Shown here piece by piece: positions 39,258 to 48,940 of a DNA stretch of 64,000 nt. This DNA is from Patescibacteria group bacterium (GTDB lineage Bacteria; Patescibacteriota; Patescibacteriia; UBA1558; GWA2-36-10): contig JBAZSG010000003.1 in assembly GCA_041662585.1 (NCBI GenBank), forward strand, positions 33,011 through 97,010. Reading direction: 5' to 3'. The notes under the pieces were generated by a model. It ran no database searches and had not been told where the DNA came from. It saw nothing but the letters and a program-made list of their open reading frames with translations. Position 1 is the stretch's first letter. Each line of letters begins with the position of its first letter. A program made the translations under genes and the position numbers.

Positions 39258-40229
39258 ATGGAAAAGTCAAAAAAGACAATAATTAAGCACATCCCCCATT
39301 TCTTAGAATATTGTGAAGTTGCTAAAGGTTTAGCTAATTTAACTGTTAAAAATTATGATAGATTTTTATCACCATTTCAAAAATGGTTGAATAAAAATAA
39401 ATTATCAGACCTTCTCCCCCATGAATTATCGCAACAGCATATTTGGGATTATCGTTTGTATTTATCTAGGTATGTAAATCCTAATTTAAAAGCTAATCTC
39501 TTAAAAACAACTCAAAATTATTATTTAATTGCTTTGAGAAGTTTATTGTCTTATTTTGCTGAAAAAGATATATCCTCTCTCCCCCCAGAAAAGATTAAAC
39601 TTAGTAAAGATAAAAAAGGTCGCGTGGTAAAATTTTTATCACTAGATCAAATTGAAAAACTATTGTTAGCACCTGATATTGAAAAATTTTCAGGTCTTCG
39701 AGATAGAGCTATTTTAGAAACATTGTTTAGTACTGGTTTAAGGGTATCAGAGCTTATTGCTCTTAATACAGATGTAATCAATTTAGAAATATTAAATAAA
39801 AATAAAAAAAAGGATTTAGAATTAGTAATAATTGGCAAGGGAAGACAACCACGAACAGTATATTTATCAGAAAGAACTATAAATTGGTTAATAAAATATT
39901 TAAATAAAAGGCAAGACAGTGATTCAGCTTTATTTATTAATGCTCTTCAACATAAAATTACTTCATCTAAACGTCTTTCGGTGCGAGCGGTGGAAATAAT
40001 GATTAAAAAGTATTGCAAATTAACTGGATTGCCCATTACTACCACTCCTCATACTATACGACACTCCTATGCAACAGATTTATTAGAACAAGGAGTAGAT
40101 TTAAGAACTATACAGGAATTTCTTGGCCATCGTAATATTGTAACTACACAAGTTTATACGCATGTTACTAATAAACATTTAAGAGATGTCCATAGAGCAT
40201 TTCATAGTGGAAGAAATTTAAAAAATTAA
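39258..40229 (+). CDS. XerC/D-family tyrosine recombinase
   Basis: RDRAILETLFSTGLRVSEL, GKG, HTIRHSYAT, LGH, TTQVYT. Confidence 0.92.
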   Translation: MEKSKKTIIKHIPHFLEYCEVAKGLANLTVKNYDRFLSPFQKWLNKNKLSDLLPHELSQQHIWDYRLYLSRYVNPNLKANLLKTTQNYYLIALRSLLSYFAEKDISSLPPEKIKLSKDKKGRVVKFLSLDQIEKLLLAPDIEKFSGLRDRAILETLFSTGLRVSELIALNTDVINLEILNKNKKKDLELVIIGKGRQPRTVYLSERTINWLIKYLNKRQDSDSALFINALQHKITSSKRLSVRAVEIMIKKYCKLTGLPITTTPHTIRHSYATDLLEQGVDLRTIQEFLGHRNIVTTQVYTHVTNKHLRDVHRAFHSGRNLKN

Positions 40230-40233
40230 TAAA

Positions 40234-40734
40234 ATGAAAAAAAGCGAAAATTTACCATGGCATATTGTAGAAAAAGAAATACATAAGGAAATAGAATGGT
40301 TGACAAAATCTATTGATATTATGGGTAAAGCAGAGAATTCACCAATACCTAGTGAATATTATTTGTATAGGTTAATTGCTATTTTAATTGTGGGTGGACA
40401 AATTAAAGCTAGGGAAATAACTTCTAATGATTTATGGGGTAAATTAAGTAATAATAAAGTTGAAAAAGTACATAAACATGGAAAAGATTGGCATAGAAAT
40501 ATGATGAATATTATTGATAAGTATTTTAAGGATCAAGATTACGATATTATCACAGAGCCTAATTTACATAATGGTCGAGCAGATTTAGGAGTTTTTAAAA
40601 CAGGAAAAAAAGATTTATATATTGAAGTTGGTACTACTTCTATTTATAAATTATGCCTTAATCTTCATTTTATGAAAGACATGATTATTTTAATAGTTCC
40701 ATCTAATAATAAAGTAATAGAATTTGAAAAATAA
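40234..40734 (+). CDS. hypothetical protein, possible PD-(D/E)xK fold
   Basis: H...E...RADL...YIEVG pattern. Confidence 0.55.
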   Translation: MKKSENLPWHIVEKEIHKEIEWLTKSIDIMGKAENSPIPSEYYLYRLIAILIVGGQIKAREITSNDLWGKLSNNKVEKVHKHGKDWHRNMMNIIDKYFKDQDYDIITEPNLHNGRADLGVFKTGKKDLYIEVGTTSIYKLCLNLHFMKDMIILIVPSNNKVIEFEK

Positions 40735-40735
40735 C

Positions 40736-41668
40736 ATGCTCCCTAATTTTAAAGAATTTTTATTATACTTAGAAAAAAAGGATTATTCTATTCAGACTAT
40801 CCATAGTTATGAAAGAGATCTAAATACTTTTGAAAATTTTTTAGAGGAAGATATTAAAATAGGTTTTGATCAATTGAATAAAAGACACATTATCAAATTT
40901 CAAACTTATCTCTCCTCTGCTTCCAGACAGACTGCTGCTCATGAGCAGGGCGAAAAAAAATTATCTAGCCAAAGTATCAATCGTATGCTTTCAAGTTTAC
41001 GGTCTTATATTAAATTTTTAATAGATGTGAATTATAAATCTCCAATTGATTCTGATTCTATCAAACTACTAAAAATTGAAAAGGAGTATGGCCAAGTTCC
41101 AGAAATGCCTGACTTGATAAGACTAATAGAATGTCCTACTAAGTTTGAAACTGATCTCACTATCAAGCTTCGCAATCGTGCCATGCTCGAGACATTATTT
41201 TCTACTGGTATGCGTATTTCCGAATTACTTTCTTTGAAGCGTGAACAACTAGACAATACTGGACGTATTTATGTCATGGGTAAAGGCAAAAAACAACGCT
41301 TTGTTTATCTTACTCCTCGAGCTATCAAACATATCAAAGATTATTTACTCACTCGTCATGATCAAGCTCCTTATCTTTTTATACCGTATCGTGGCTTAAA
41401 TAATGCTGATAAAAATAAAAAAATCTCTACCAATTATTTGCAAGCAAAAATAAAAAAATATAGAGAGCTTCTCTCTATCAATATCCCTATTTCAGCTCAC
41501 TCTATAAGACATTCTTTTGCTACTTATTTGGCAGAAAATGGTGCCAATCCAGCCGCTATTCAAATATTACTTGGTCATGAGTCTTTAGATACTACCACTC
41601 GTTATGTACATACTAGTGATCGTTATGCTGAAAAAATGCATACAGATTTTTATCCTCTTAAAAAATAA
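40736..41668 (+). CDS. second XerC/D-family tyrosine recombinase
   Basis: RNRAMLETLFSTGMRISEL, GKGKKQR, HSIRHSFAT, LGHESLDTTTRY; start ATG 40736 or TTG 40724. Confidence 0.92.
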   Translation: MLPNFKEFLLYLEKKDYSIQTIHSYERDLNTFENFLEEDIKIGFDQLNKRHIIKFQTYLSSASRQTAAHEQGEKKLSSQSINRMLSSLRSYIKFLIDVNYKSPIDSDSIKLLKIEKEYGQVPEMPDLIRLIECPTKFETDLTIKLRNRAMLETLFSTGMRISELLSLKREQLDNTGRIYVMGKGKKQRFVYLTPRAIKHIKDYLLTRHDQAPYLFIPYRGLNNADKNKKISTNYLQAKIKKYRELLSINIPISAHSIRHSFATYLAENGANPAAIQILLGHESLDTTTRYVHTSDRYAEKMHTDFYPLKK

Positions 41669-41692
41669 ACTATAAAATTTATTATTTTTTGT

Positions 41693-41895
41693 AAAAAAAA
41701 CGGACATCCTCTCAGGTGCGAAAAGGATGTCCATCAGAGCTGATTTGTTCCAGTATTTTGAAAAGCTAGTATCAGCCGCAACCTATATTAAGATGGTTGT
41801 GCTCGTTGTATGGGTAGGTTTTTTTGTTGTGGAGAGTTCCTACACCAAAGAGCTCTTAAATAGGTTACTAACTATTCAAAGAACAAATCAGATTA
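41693..41895 (-). ncRNA. candidate structured non-coding RNA (long rod hairpin plus terminator)
   Basis: own promoter (41901-41929), nested inverted repeats 41740-41891, terminator stem 41702-41732 followed by T8; no ORF on this strand. Confidence 0.6.
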
Positions 41896-41900
41896 AGCTG

Positions 41901-41929
41901 ATATTAGCAAACTAAAAATATATTGTCAA
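41901..41929 (-). promoter_or_regulatory. sigma70 promoter of the candidate ncRNA
   Basis: TTGACA-17-TAATAT with TG extension. Confidence 0.65.
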
Positions 41930-41931
41930 AT

Positions 41932-41954
41932 AAAAAAAGCCCCTAAACGGGGCT
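41932..41954 (-). terminator. intrinsic terminator of the M23 gene
   Basis: AGCCCC/GGGGCT stem followed by a T run on the minus strand. Confidence 0.7.
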
Positions 41955-41969
41955 AATTTTAGTTTAATT

Positions 41970-43223
41970 TTATGGTAAGTAGTTTAATGGATCTACAGGG
42001 ACTCCATTGAGACGAATTTCTAAGTGAAGATGAGGTCCGGTAGTCAGTGGTCCAGCTCCTCTGGTTCCTGGCATACCACCACTATAGCCTATAATATCAC
42101 CTTTGGATACAAATTGATCAGCACTAACATTTATTTTATTGACGTGTCCATAGACAGTAGAAAGACCGTCGGCATGAACTATCATAATATAGCTATAACC
42201 AGTAGATCCTCCATCTTTGGCTTTGGCCACATAGCCAGAGTCAGCTGCTCTAAGAGCAGTGCCTTGTGGTGTAGCAATGTCTATCGCTGGATGTTCAAAA
42301 ATATAACGGTATGGATAATCAGCATCGTGGAAATAAGAGGTAATCCTTTGAGAAGCCACTGGCCACATCAGACCATCACTAGAGATGTTTTCTAATTCCA
42401 ATTGTCGGTTTACTTTTTCACGAGCTACTTTTTCTAGATAAACAATGTCATTATTTATATCTTCTTGTTCTTGTTTGGCTTGGCGTAAAAGTTCTTGATA
42501 TTTAGATTCTTGTCCTTGGGTAGCTGCCATCAAAGAAAATTTGACTGTTTTTTGTCCATCTAGGTTATCTTTTTTACTGTCTAGAATATTATTTAAAGTA
42601 TTAAGCTCGTTTATTTTATTTTCTATAGAAGATTTATCAGTATCAAGAGCCAATTTTATTTCATATAATTGTTCTACTCCGTCAAATAAATTATCTCTCA
42701 TATCTTCTAGACGACTAAGATCGGCCAAGAAGTCACTAAAATTATTATTTAGTATTACTATTTCTAATAAACTATTTTGTTGCTGTTGTCTATGTAGTGA
42801 TCTGATAATACCAGCCAGTATTTCTTTTTGCTCGCTTATTTCTTTTTCTTTAGCATCAATTTTTAATTGAGTATTTTCTATTTGAAGATCCAGCTCTTCA
42901 ATTTCTAGCTGGGTTGATTCTATTTCTAGATTTATTTTGGCTATACTATCATTGAGAGTACTTACTTGGTTGTTTAGATTGCCAATTTCTCTTTGTTTGG
43001 CAGATATATTTTTTTGATAGATATCAATTTGACGTTTTAATTCTTGAATTTCAGAGCGTTTTTCATTGATATCTTGGTTTATTTGCCATGTTTCTACGGT
43101 ATTTAGGTTGTCTAGTTTGTATTCAACAGCCTTAGTATTATAAGGGAAAAAAATAAAGCCAAATATGGCTATCGACAATATACTAGCTAATATTTTGATA
43201 GTTTTTATTTTTATTTGTAGCAT
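41970..43223 (-). CDS. coiled-coil M23 peptidase (EnvC-like architecture)
   Basis: signal/TM, long coiled coil, HPAID and HLH zinc ligands intact. Confidence 0.9.
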   Translation of the reverse strand: MLQIKIKTIKILASILSIAIFGFIFFPYNTKAVEYKLDNLNTVETWQINQDINEKRSEIQELKRQIDIYQKNISAKQREIGNLNNQVSTLNDSIAKINLEIESTQLEIEELDLQIENTQLKIDAKEKEISEQKEILAGIIRSLHRQQQQNSLLEIVILNNNFSDFLADLSRLEDMRDNLFDGVEQLYEIKLALDTDKSSIENKINELNTLNNILDSKKDNLDGQKTVKFSLMAATQGQESKYQELLRQAKQEQEDINNDIVYLEKVAREKVNRQLELENISSDGLMWPVASQRITSYFHDADYPYRYIFEHPAIDIATPQGTALRAADSGYVAKAKDGGSTGYSYIMIVHADGLSTVYGHVNKINVSADQFVSKGDIIGYSGGMPGTRGAGPLTTGPHLHLEIRLNGVPVDPLNYLP

Positions 43224-43277
43224 GGTTTTTTCAATATAGCTATATTATAGCATATTTATAGCTTCTTGGCAAGAAAA

Positions 43278-44705
43278 TTAGCCCAATTTTTTAATTGCTT
43301 TATTAATTCTAAGTAAAGCTTCTTCTTTGCCTAAAAATTCTAGTAACTCTCCTGGTGATGGAGAGCGTTCTAGACCAGAACAAGCTACTCTTAGTGGCCA
43401 AAAAATGTCTCCCGGACTAAGTGATCTTTTGGCTATTATATTTTTTATAGAATTATCAATAGTATTTTGGTCCCATTCACTATGATGTATTTTGGCCAGA
43501 GTGCCCAAGGCTAGGTTTAAAGCCTCTTTGGTTTTGGCTAAATCGGATTTTTTAAAAATTAGCATTTCTGCTTGATAATCTGGCAATTCAAATAAAAATT
43601 TACTATCTTCAGCTAGTTGAGCTAAGTTTTCTATACGGCTATTGAATAATCTTAAAACTTTTTTGGCTTGATGAGAGTTTTTGCCCAAAAATTTTTCTGT
43701 TTCACTTATCAGCTGTTCAAATCTTTTGTCATTTTGGGTTATTATTTTTTTGATATATTCAGCATTAAACCAATTTAGTTTTGTAATATCAAATACAGCT
43801 CCAGCTTTATTTATTTTTTCCAAAGAAAATTCTTTGATCAATTCTTTGGTCAAGAAAAATTCTTGATTGTTACCAGGATTCCACCCTAGCAGGGCTATAT
43901 AATTTATCAAAGCTTCTACAACATAACCTTTGTTGAGATAATCCTCTACAGCTACATCCCCTTGTCTTTTGGATAGTTTGGACCTATCAGGATTGAGCAA
44001 TAGTGGTAGATGTACAAAAATAGGTAAATGATAATTTAGAGCATTATAAATTAAAAGATGTTTGGGAAAAGATGGCATCCACTCCTCTCCTCTTATGACA
44101 TGACTAATACGCATATCATGATCGTCTACGACACTAGCTAGATGATAAGTAGGATATTTATTTGATTTTAAAATAACAAAATCATCCAAATCTTTGCTTT
44201 TAACAGAAATTTTTCCATAAACAATATCTTGTCCACTTATGATTTGCTCGTCTGGAATTTTAAAACGGACTACAAATTTTTCACCAGCTTTTATTTTTTG
44301 GGCTATTTCTTCTTTGCTAAGATTCAAGCAATGGCGATCATATTTGGGTACTTGTTTATTTTTTTGTTGTTCGTCCCGTATTTTATCCAATCTTTCCTGA
44401 GAGCAAAAGCATCTATAGGCATGGTTGTTGTCTAGTAGTTTGTCACTAGCTTTTTGATAAAGTTTTATTCTATTTGATTGATGTTGTATATCTTTGTCTG
44501 AGTTTATGTCAAATTTTGATAAAGTATCTATGAGTTGTTTGTCAGCACCTTCTATATATCTAGCTCTATCGGTATCCTCTATTCTAATGATAAATTCACC
44601 TTTATTTTTTTTGGCCCACAAATAAGAAAACAAAGCTGTACGAAGACCACCAATGTGAAGGTATCCAGTTGGACTGGGAGCAAATCTAGTTCTCACTTTT
44701 TCCAT
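43278..44705 (-). CDS. gltX: glutamyl-tRNA synthetase
   Basis: RFAPSPTGYLHIGG, KLSKR. Confidence 0.97.
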   Translation of the reverse strand: MEKVRTRFAPSPTGYLHIGGLRTALFSYLWAKKNKGEFIIRIEDTDRARYIEGADKQLIDTLSKFDINSDKDIQHQSNRIKLYQKASDKLLDNNHAYRCFCSQERLDKIRDEQQKNKQVPKYDRHCLNLSKEEIAQKIKAGEKFVVRFKIPDEQIISGQDIVYGKISVKSKDLDDFVILKSNKYPTYHLASVVDDHDMRISHVIRGEEWMPSFPKHLLIYNALNYHLPIFVHLPLLLNPDRSKLSKRQGDVAVEDYLNKGYVVEALINYIALLGWNPGNNQEFFLTKELIKEFSLEKINKAGAVFDITKLNWFNAEYIKKIITQNDKRFEQLISETEKFLGKNSHQAKKVLRLFNSRIENLAQLAEDSKFLFELPDYQAEMLIFKKSDLAKTKEALNLALGTLAKIHHSEWDQNTIDNSIKNIIAKRSLSPGDIFWPLRVACSGLERSPSPGELLEFLGKEEALLRINKAIKKLG

Positions 44706-45432
44706 GTTTTTGTTGTTTTTTAGCTTTTTTATATACCAAGTAAGGAAAGATAAATATAGCTCTGTTGATGCGTAACAGTCTTTTTGGCTGTAATATTAGC
44801 CTCCAAAGCCATTCTAAACCAAGACTTTGTAAAAGCTTGGGAGCTCTTTTTATTTTACCAGACATAAAGTCAAAAGTCCCGCCTATGCCAGCAGCTATTT
44901 TGACATTTGGTATTTGCTGTATATTTTCTGAAATCCAAATATCTTGAGTCGGCGCTCCAAGACCAACTAGTATTATATCTGGAGCAAACATTTTTCCTTT
45001 GGCTAGAGCTGTATGCTCATCTGATACTTGAAAGTCTAGAGCTGGATATTTATTTTTTATCGCTACAAAAAAATTGTCAGTCTTGGTCATTCCTTTACTA
45101 TATAAACAAAACATTATTTTTAAATTTTTGTTTATAGCCAAATCAATTAATATTTCACTTAATCTGACTCCGGTTATTCTATCATCCAATGATATGCTAT
45201 GACCCAAATATTGTAGGGCTTTTATAATACCAGCGCCATCAATAAGAGAGATACTGGCTTTATTTATTATTTCCAAAAACTTTTTATTGTTTTGACTTTG
45301 CACTATAAATTCTGGATTGACCGTAGCTATTTGATGTTGTTTTTGAGAATCCAAAAATTCAAACAATTTATTTTTTAGTTTGTGTTCTGCTAGTGTGTTT
45401 AATTTTACGCCCAAAAGATTGTATTCGTTCAT
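44686..45432 (-). CDS. WecB/TagA/CpsF glycosyltransferase
   Basis: TVNPEF, VGLGAPTQD, GIGGTFD, RAP, GLEWLWRL. Confidence 0.92.
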   Translation of the reverse strand: MNEYNLLGVKLNTLAEHKLKNKLFEFLDSQKQHQIATVNPEFIVQSQNNKKFLEIINKASISLIDGAGIIKALQYLGHSISLDDRITGVRLSEILIDLAINKNLKIMFCLYSKGMTKTDNFFVAIKNKYPALDFQVSDEHTALAKGKMFAPDIILVGLGAPTQDIWISENIQQIPNVKIAAGIGGTFDFMSGKIKRAPKLLQSLGLEWLWRLILQPKRLLRINRAIFIFPYLVYKKAKKQQKHGKSEN

Positions 45433-45980
45433 AGATCAAAAACTTGCAAGGTTGTATATTCTGAGCCAGCTTTGGTCAACTCACTTTCTTTTAATTCAAA
45501 ATAAGAAACAAAAAATGATTTTTTAATTTGCCAATTATTAAATTCTTCAAATTCTTCAAAATCAGCTTTTTGTTTTACTCTAGCTAAAGTAAGATGAGCA
45601 GAAAAGCGTCTAACTTCTTTGTGCGATAAACCATCATCAAATAGTACTTGATCTATTTCATCATACAATTTTTGTAAGTCATTGTTTTTTTTGATGGCTA
45701 GAGCCAATACTTTTGGTTGTTGGATATTAAATATTTCACTTTGATTTATTTCTAATTCAAGATCACTAATGCCTATATCTATCCTAGACAAGCTGTTTAA
45801 TAAATCAGGAATTTTGTCTATAGGAAAATCGCCCAAAAATTTTAGGGTCAAATGCATTTGTTCTAAATTTGCTTTTTTCAATTTTTCCCAAGGTAAATTT
45901 AGATTAGAAAATTTTTTGATTATATCCTTGCTAAGCATTGGATCAACTGGCAATGATATAAACAATCTTTTAGTTTCCAT
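45429..45980 (-). CDS. thpR: RNA 2',3'-cyclic phosphodiesterase (2H family)
   Basis: RLFI, HLTLKFLG and HLTLAR motifs. Confidence 0.9.
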   Translation of the reverse strand: METKRLFISLPVDPMLSKDIIKKFSNLNLPWEKLKKANLEQMHLTLKFLGDFPIDKIPDLLNSLSRIDIGISDLELEINQSEIFNIQQPKVLALAIKKNNDLQKLYDEIDQVLFDDGLSHKEVRRFSAHLTLARVKQKADFEEFEEFNNWQIKKSFFVSYFELKESELTKAGSEYTTLQVFDL

Positions 45981-46080
45981 AGCTTAATTTTATCTTAAAT
46001 ATACCCAAAAATCAATGGTAAAAATATAAAAATTTTGCTATAATAGATAAACTAAAATAAAAAATAAACTTTAAATTTAT

Positions 46081-47559
46081 ATGTCTAGCTATTATAAGCG
46101 TAAAATCGCAATTTTTACTTTACTTTCTATACTTATCCCCAACCTAGTATATGGTGCTGAGGTAGATTATAATCATATAATCTCTGATCAAGAGGCAGAA
46201 GACTATCAATCTATGACAATGTTTGAAATTAGGGATTTTTTACGTTCTCAAAATTCTTATTTAGCAGATTATGAATATAGTGGAAACAATCCCTCTCTTG
46301 CTCAGTTGGCTCTTGATCCAGCCAAAAAATATATTCAGACTAGAGGTGCTGCCGAAATAATCTATAATGCTGCTCAAGAGGCAAAAATAAATCCTCAATT
46401 TTTATTAACTTTATTACAAAAAGAGCAAGGCTTGATAGAAAATTCAGATCCTTCGGAGAGAAATTTAAATTTTGCTATGGGTTATTATTGTTATGATGGA
46501 AATTATTGTAATGTTGCTTATAAAGGATTTGGCAAGCAAATTAGAGGTGCTGCTCTTCAATTTCGTTGGTATATGGATAATATCTATTCATACAATTGGC
46601 AACCAAACAAAGCCGCTTGTGCTGATGATCCAAATACATCGCTACCTTGTACTTCCAAAGGAACTGTAGTTACTCCAGCCAACAAAATTACAGCCGCTAT
46701 GTATATTTACACGCCTCATCTTCATGGAAATAAATTGTTTTTTACGCTTTGGAATAAATATGGCTTTGGTGGAGAAATTGACGAAGTGGAAAATGATATT
46801 CCTGTTGTCAAAACTGGCTTCTTTCCGGAAGGTGCTTTAGTAAAAGCCAAAGACAGTGAAGCGGGCACTATTTATTTGATCAGCAATGAGCAAAAAAGAG
46901 CTTTTGCAAATATGAATGCTTTGGTGTCACGCTTTGATCCAGATAAAGTCTTGTTAGTAGATCAAAAAGATTTAGCAAATTATGACAATGGTCCTGTGAT
47001 TGCGCATGCTAATTATTCAGTCTTGGAAGATTTGAGTGCTAAGAGATATTTGATAGATGGCGTGACCAAGAGGCTTATCACCTCAGATGAAGCTTTTCGT
47101 CAACTTGGCTATAGTCTTGAAGAAATAGAAAAAGTAAGTGACACTGATTTAAATGCTTATCAGACAGGTGAACCATTGGATGAATCTTCTAGTCCTTTTG
47201 CAGAGCTTTGGAAAGATATGACTAGTGCTGAGGTTTACCTTGTAAAAGATGGTCAAAAACACACAATAATTGATCAATTTATTTTGAATGCCAATTTTGC
47301 TGACATGAAAATAAAAGAAGTAACTGCTAAAACATTGGAAAATTTGAGTAGTGGAACACCAATCAAATTACTAGATGGTACTTTGATCAAAAAAGATTTA
47401 GATGCCAGAGTTTATGTAATATCCAATGGACAAAGACGTCTTATTTCCGACGGAGCTACTTTTGAAAAATTGGGCTACAATTGGTCTCAAATATACACTG
47501 TCAGTAGTAAAATAATGAATTTTCATGTTCTAGGTGAGCCAATTTTAAGTCAAGAATAA
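46081..47559 (+). CDS. secreted protein with a putative lysozyme-like domain and four C-terminal repeats
   Basis: signal peptide; INPQFLLTLLQKEQGL, YIYTPH; repeats of the type VYVISNGQRRLI. Confidence 0.7.
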   Translation: MSSYYKRKIAIFTLLSILIPNLVYGAEVDYNHIISDQEAEDYQSMTMFEIRDFLRSQNSYLADYEYSGNNPSLAQLALDPAKKYIQTRGAAEIIYNAAQEAKINPQFLLTLLQKEQGLIENSDPSERNLNFAMGYYCYDGNYCNVAYKGFGKQIRGAALQFRWYMDNIYSYNWQPNKAACADDPNTSLPCTSKGTVVTPANKITAAMYIYTPHLHGNKLFFTLWNKYGFGGEIDEVENDIPVVKTGFFPEGALVKAKDSEAGTIYLISNEQKRAFANMNALVSRFDPDKVLLVDQKDLANYDNGPVIAHANYSVLEDLSAKRYLIDGVTKRLITSDEAFRQLGYSLEEIEKVSDTDLNAYQTGEPLDESSSPFAELWKDMTSAEVYLVKDGQKHTIIDQFILNANFADMKIKEVTAKTLENLSSGTPIKLLDGTLIKKDLDARVYVISNGQRRLISDGATFEKLGYNWSQIYTVSSKIMNFHVLGEPILSQE

Positions 47560-47563
47560 TTAT

Positions 47564-48376
47564 ATGATTACCTTTGCTTGTTTTGTACCTCACTCACCAA
47601 TTCTTATACCAGAGGTAGGTAAAGAAAATTTGGATAAATTAAAAACAACTGTAGATGCTTATAAAAATCTAGAGCAGGATTTGTATTCTGCTAAGCCAGA
47701 TATTATTATTGTGATTTCTCCACATGCTAATGCTCAAGGAGGTAATTTTTTTACCATAAATCAACAACCAAAGTTATTGGCCAATTTTAAAAAATTTGGT
47801 GATTTGGTCACTAAATTACAATTTAATAATGAAATTGGTTTTGGTTATAAAATAAAAGAATCTTGTGAAGATTATTTTCCGATTATGCTGACAGCCGAAC
47901 AAGAGCTTGATTATGGTAGCGCTGTACCTCTCCTCTATTTGACTGAACATTTACCAAATATCAAAATTGTTAGTATTGGTTATGCTGATTTGTCTTATCA
48001 AGAGCATATAAAATTTGGTGAGCTTATTCGTAAACAAACGAATTTGATTGACAAAAGGATAGCTATTGTTGCTTCTGGAGATTTGTCTCACAAATTACAC
48101 AAAGATTCTCCAGCTGGCTATTCATCACGAGCTCAAGAATTTGATCAAGAAATAATCAAATTACTAAATGATACTTCGTCTACCAATAGACAAAACAAAA
48201 TAGACAAACTTGTTGATTTGGATCCAAAGCTTATAGCCGAATCTGGCGAATGTGGCATGCGTTCACTTTTGATACTTTTGGGTATTATCAAAGAACTAAA
48301 CTATCAAGCCAGTAAGCTCAGCTATCAAGCACCTTTTGGTATAGGCTATCTGGTACAAAATTTTGAAATAAAATAA
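47564..48376 (+). CDS. LigB/MEMO-like (AmmeMemoRadiSam B-type) protein
   Basis: PHSPILIP, ISPH, ASGDLSH, ECG, YQAPFGIGY. Confidence 0.82.
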   Translation: MITFACFVPHSPILIPEVGKENLDKLKTTVDAYKNLEQDLYSAKPDIIIVISPHANAQGGNFFTINQQPKLLANFKKFGDLVTKLQFNNEIGFGYKIKESCEDYFPIMLTAEQELDYGSAVPLLYLTEHLPNIKIVSIGYADLSYQEHIKFGELIRKQTNLIDKRIAIVASGDLSHKLHKDSPAGYSSRAQEFDQEIIKLLNDTSSTNRQNKIDKLVDLDPKLIAESGECGMRSLLILLGIIKELNYQASKLSYQAPFGIGYLVQNFEIK

Positions 48377-48380
48377 GCTC

Positions 48381-48647
48381 CTAAACGGAGCTTTTTTTGT
48401 TTTCTGATATTAGCTTGAAAAAATAGCGCCAACGACCAGATCCTTGAGCCAATTCTTTGGTATCATCTAGGCATTTTTCTACAAAATTTCTATTGTAATC
48501 TTTACATACTTTGAATACTGAGTTGCGTTTTGATTGAGGAATAGCCAGCTCTTCTATAATACGCAAAGCCAAATCTTGCCACTGATAAGCTGGTGCTTTA
48601 TTGATGGTATCTTTTTTATTTTTGAATATATCGGCTATTTGTTGCAT
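48381..48647 (-). CDS. small hypothetical protein
   Basis: 88-aa ORF; TG-C-TAGTAT box 6 nt before the ATG. Confidence 0.65.
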   Translation of the reverse strand: MQQIADIFKNKKDTINKAPAYQWQDLALRIIEELAIPQSKRNSVFKVCKDYNRNFVEKCLDDTKELAQGSGRWRYFFKLISENKKSSV

Positions 48648-48682
48648 ACATATATACTAGCAAATATATATATATTAGTCAT

Positions 48683-48931
48683 TAGCATTGACAAAATAGA
48701 TAAAATATAGTATTATACTCTATAAATAATAAAGCTCTTTCAAGGAATTTATATGAAACGACTTAAGATCTTTATCTTTATTCTCGTTATTTTGATATTA
48801 TTGCCATTTACTTGTAGCATTTGTAAAAAGAAAAGCAATATTATCATAGATAAAAAATGCCTATTGTCAAACGACTTAGGCTTTTTTAAAAAAAATAATA
48901 TAGCATTGACAAAACAGATAAAATATAGTAT
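48683..48931 (+). repeat. 31-bp direct repeat of a sigma70 promoter (48683-48713, 48901-48931)
   Basis: TAGCATTGACAAAAYAGATAAAATATAGTAT, 30/31 identical. Confidence 0.85.
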
Positions 48932-48940
48932 ATTATATTT

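Noticed and set aside
39258-41668. Prophage or integron integrases
   Set aside because: No phage genes or attC array seen; the dif-like site and strand switch fit chromosomal Xer function
41727-41915. 62-aa plus-strand ORF
   Set aside because: Starts inside a terminator stem; promoter, terminator and G-U pairing all favour a minus-strand RNA
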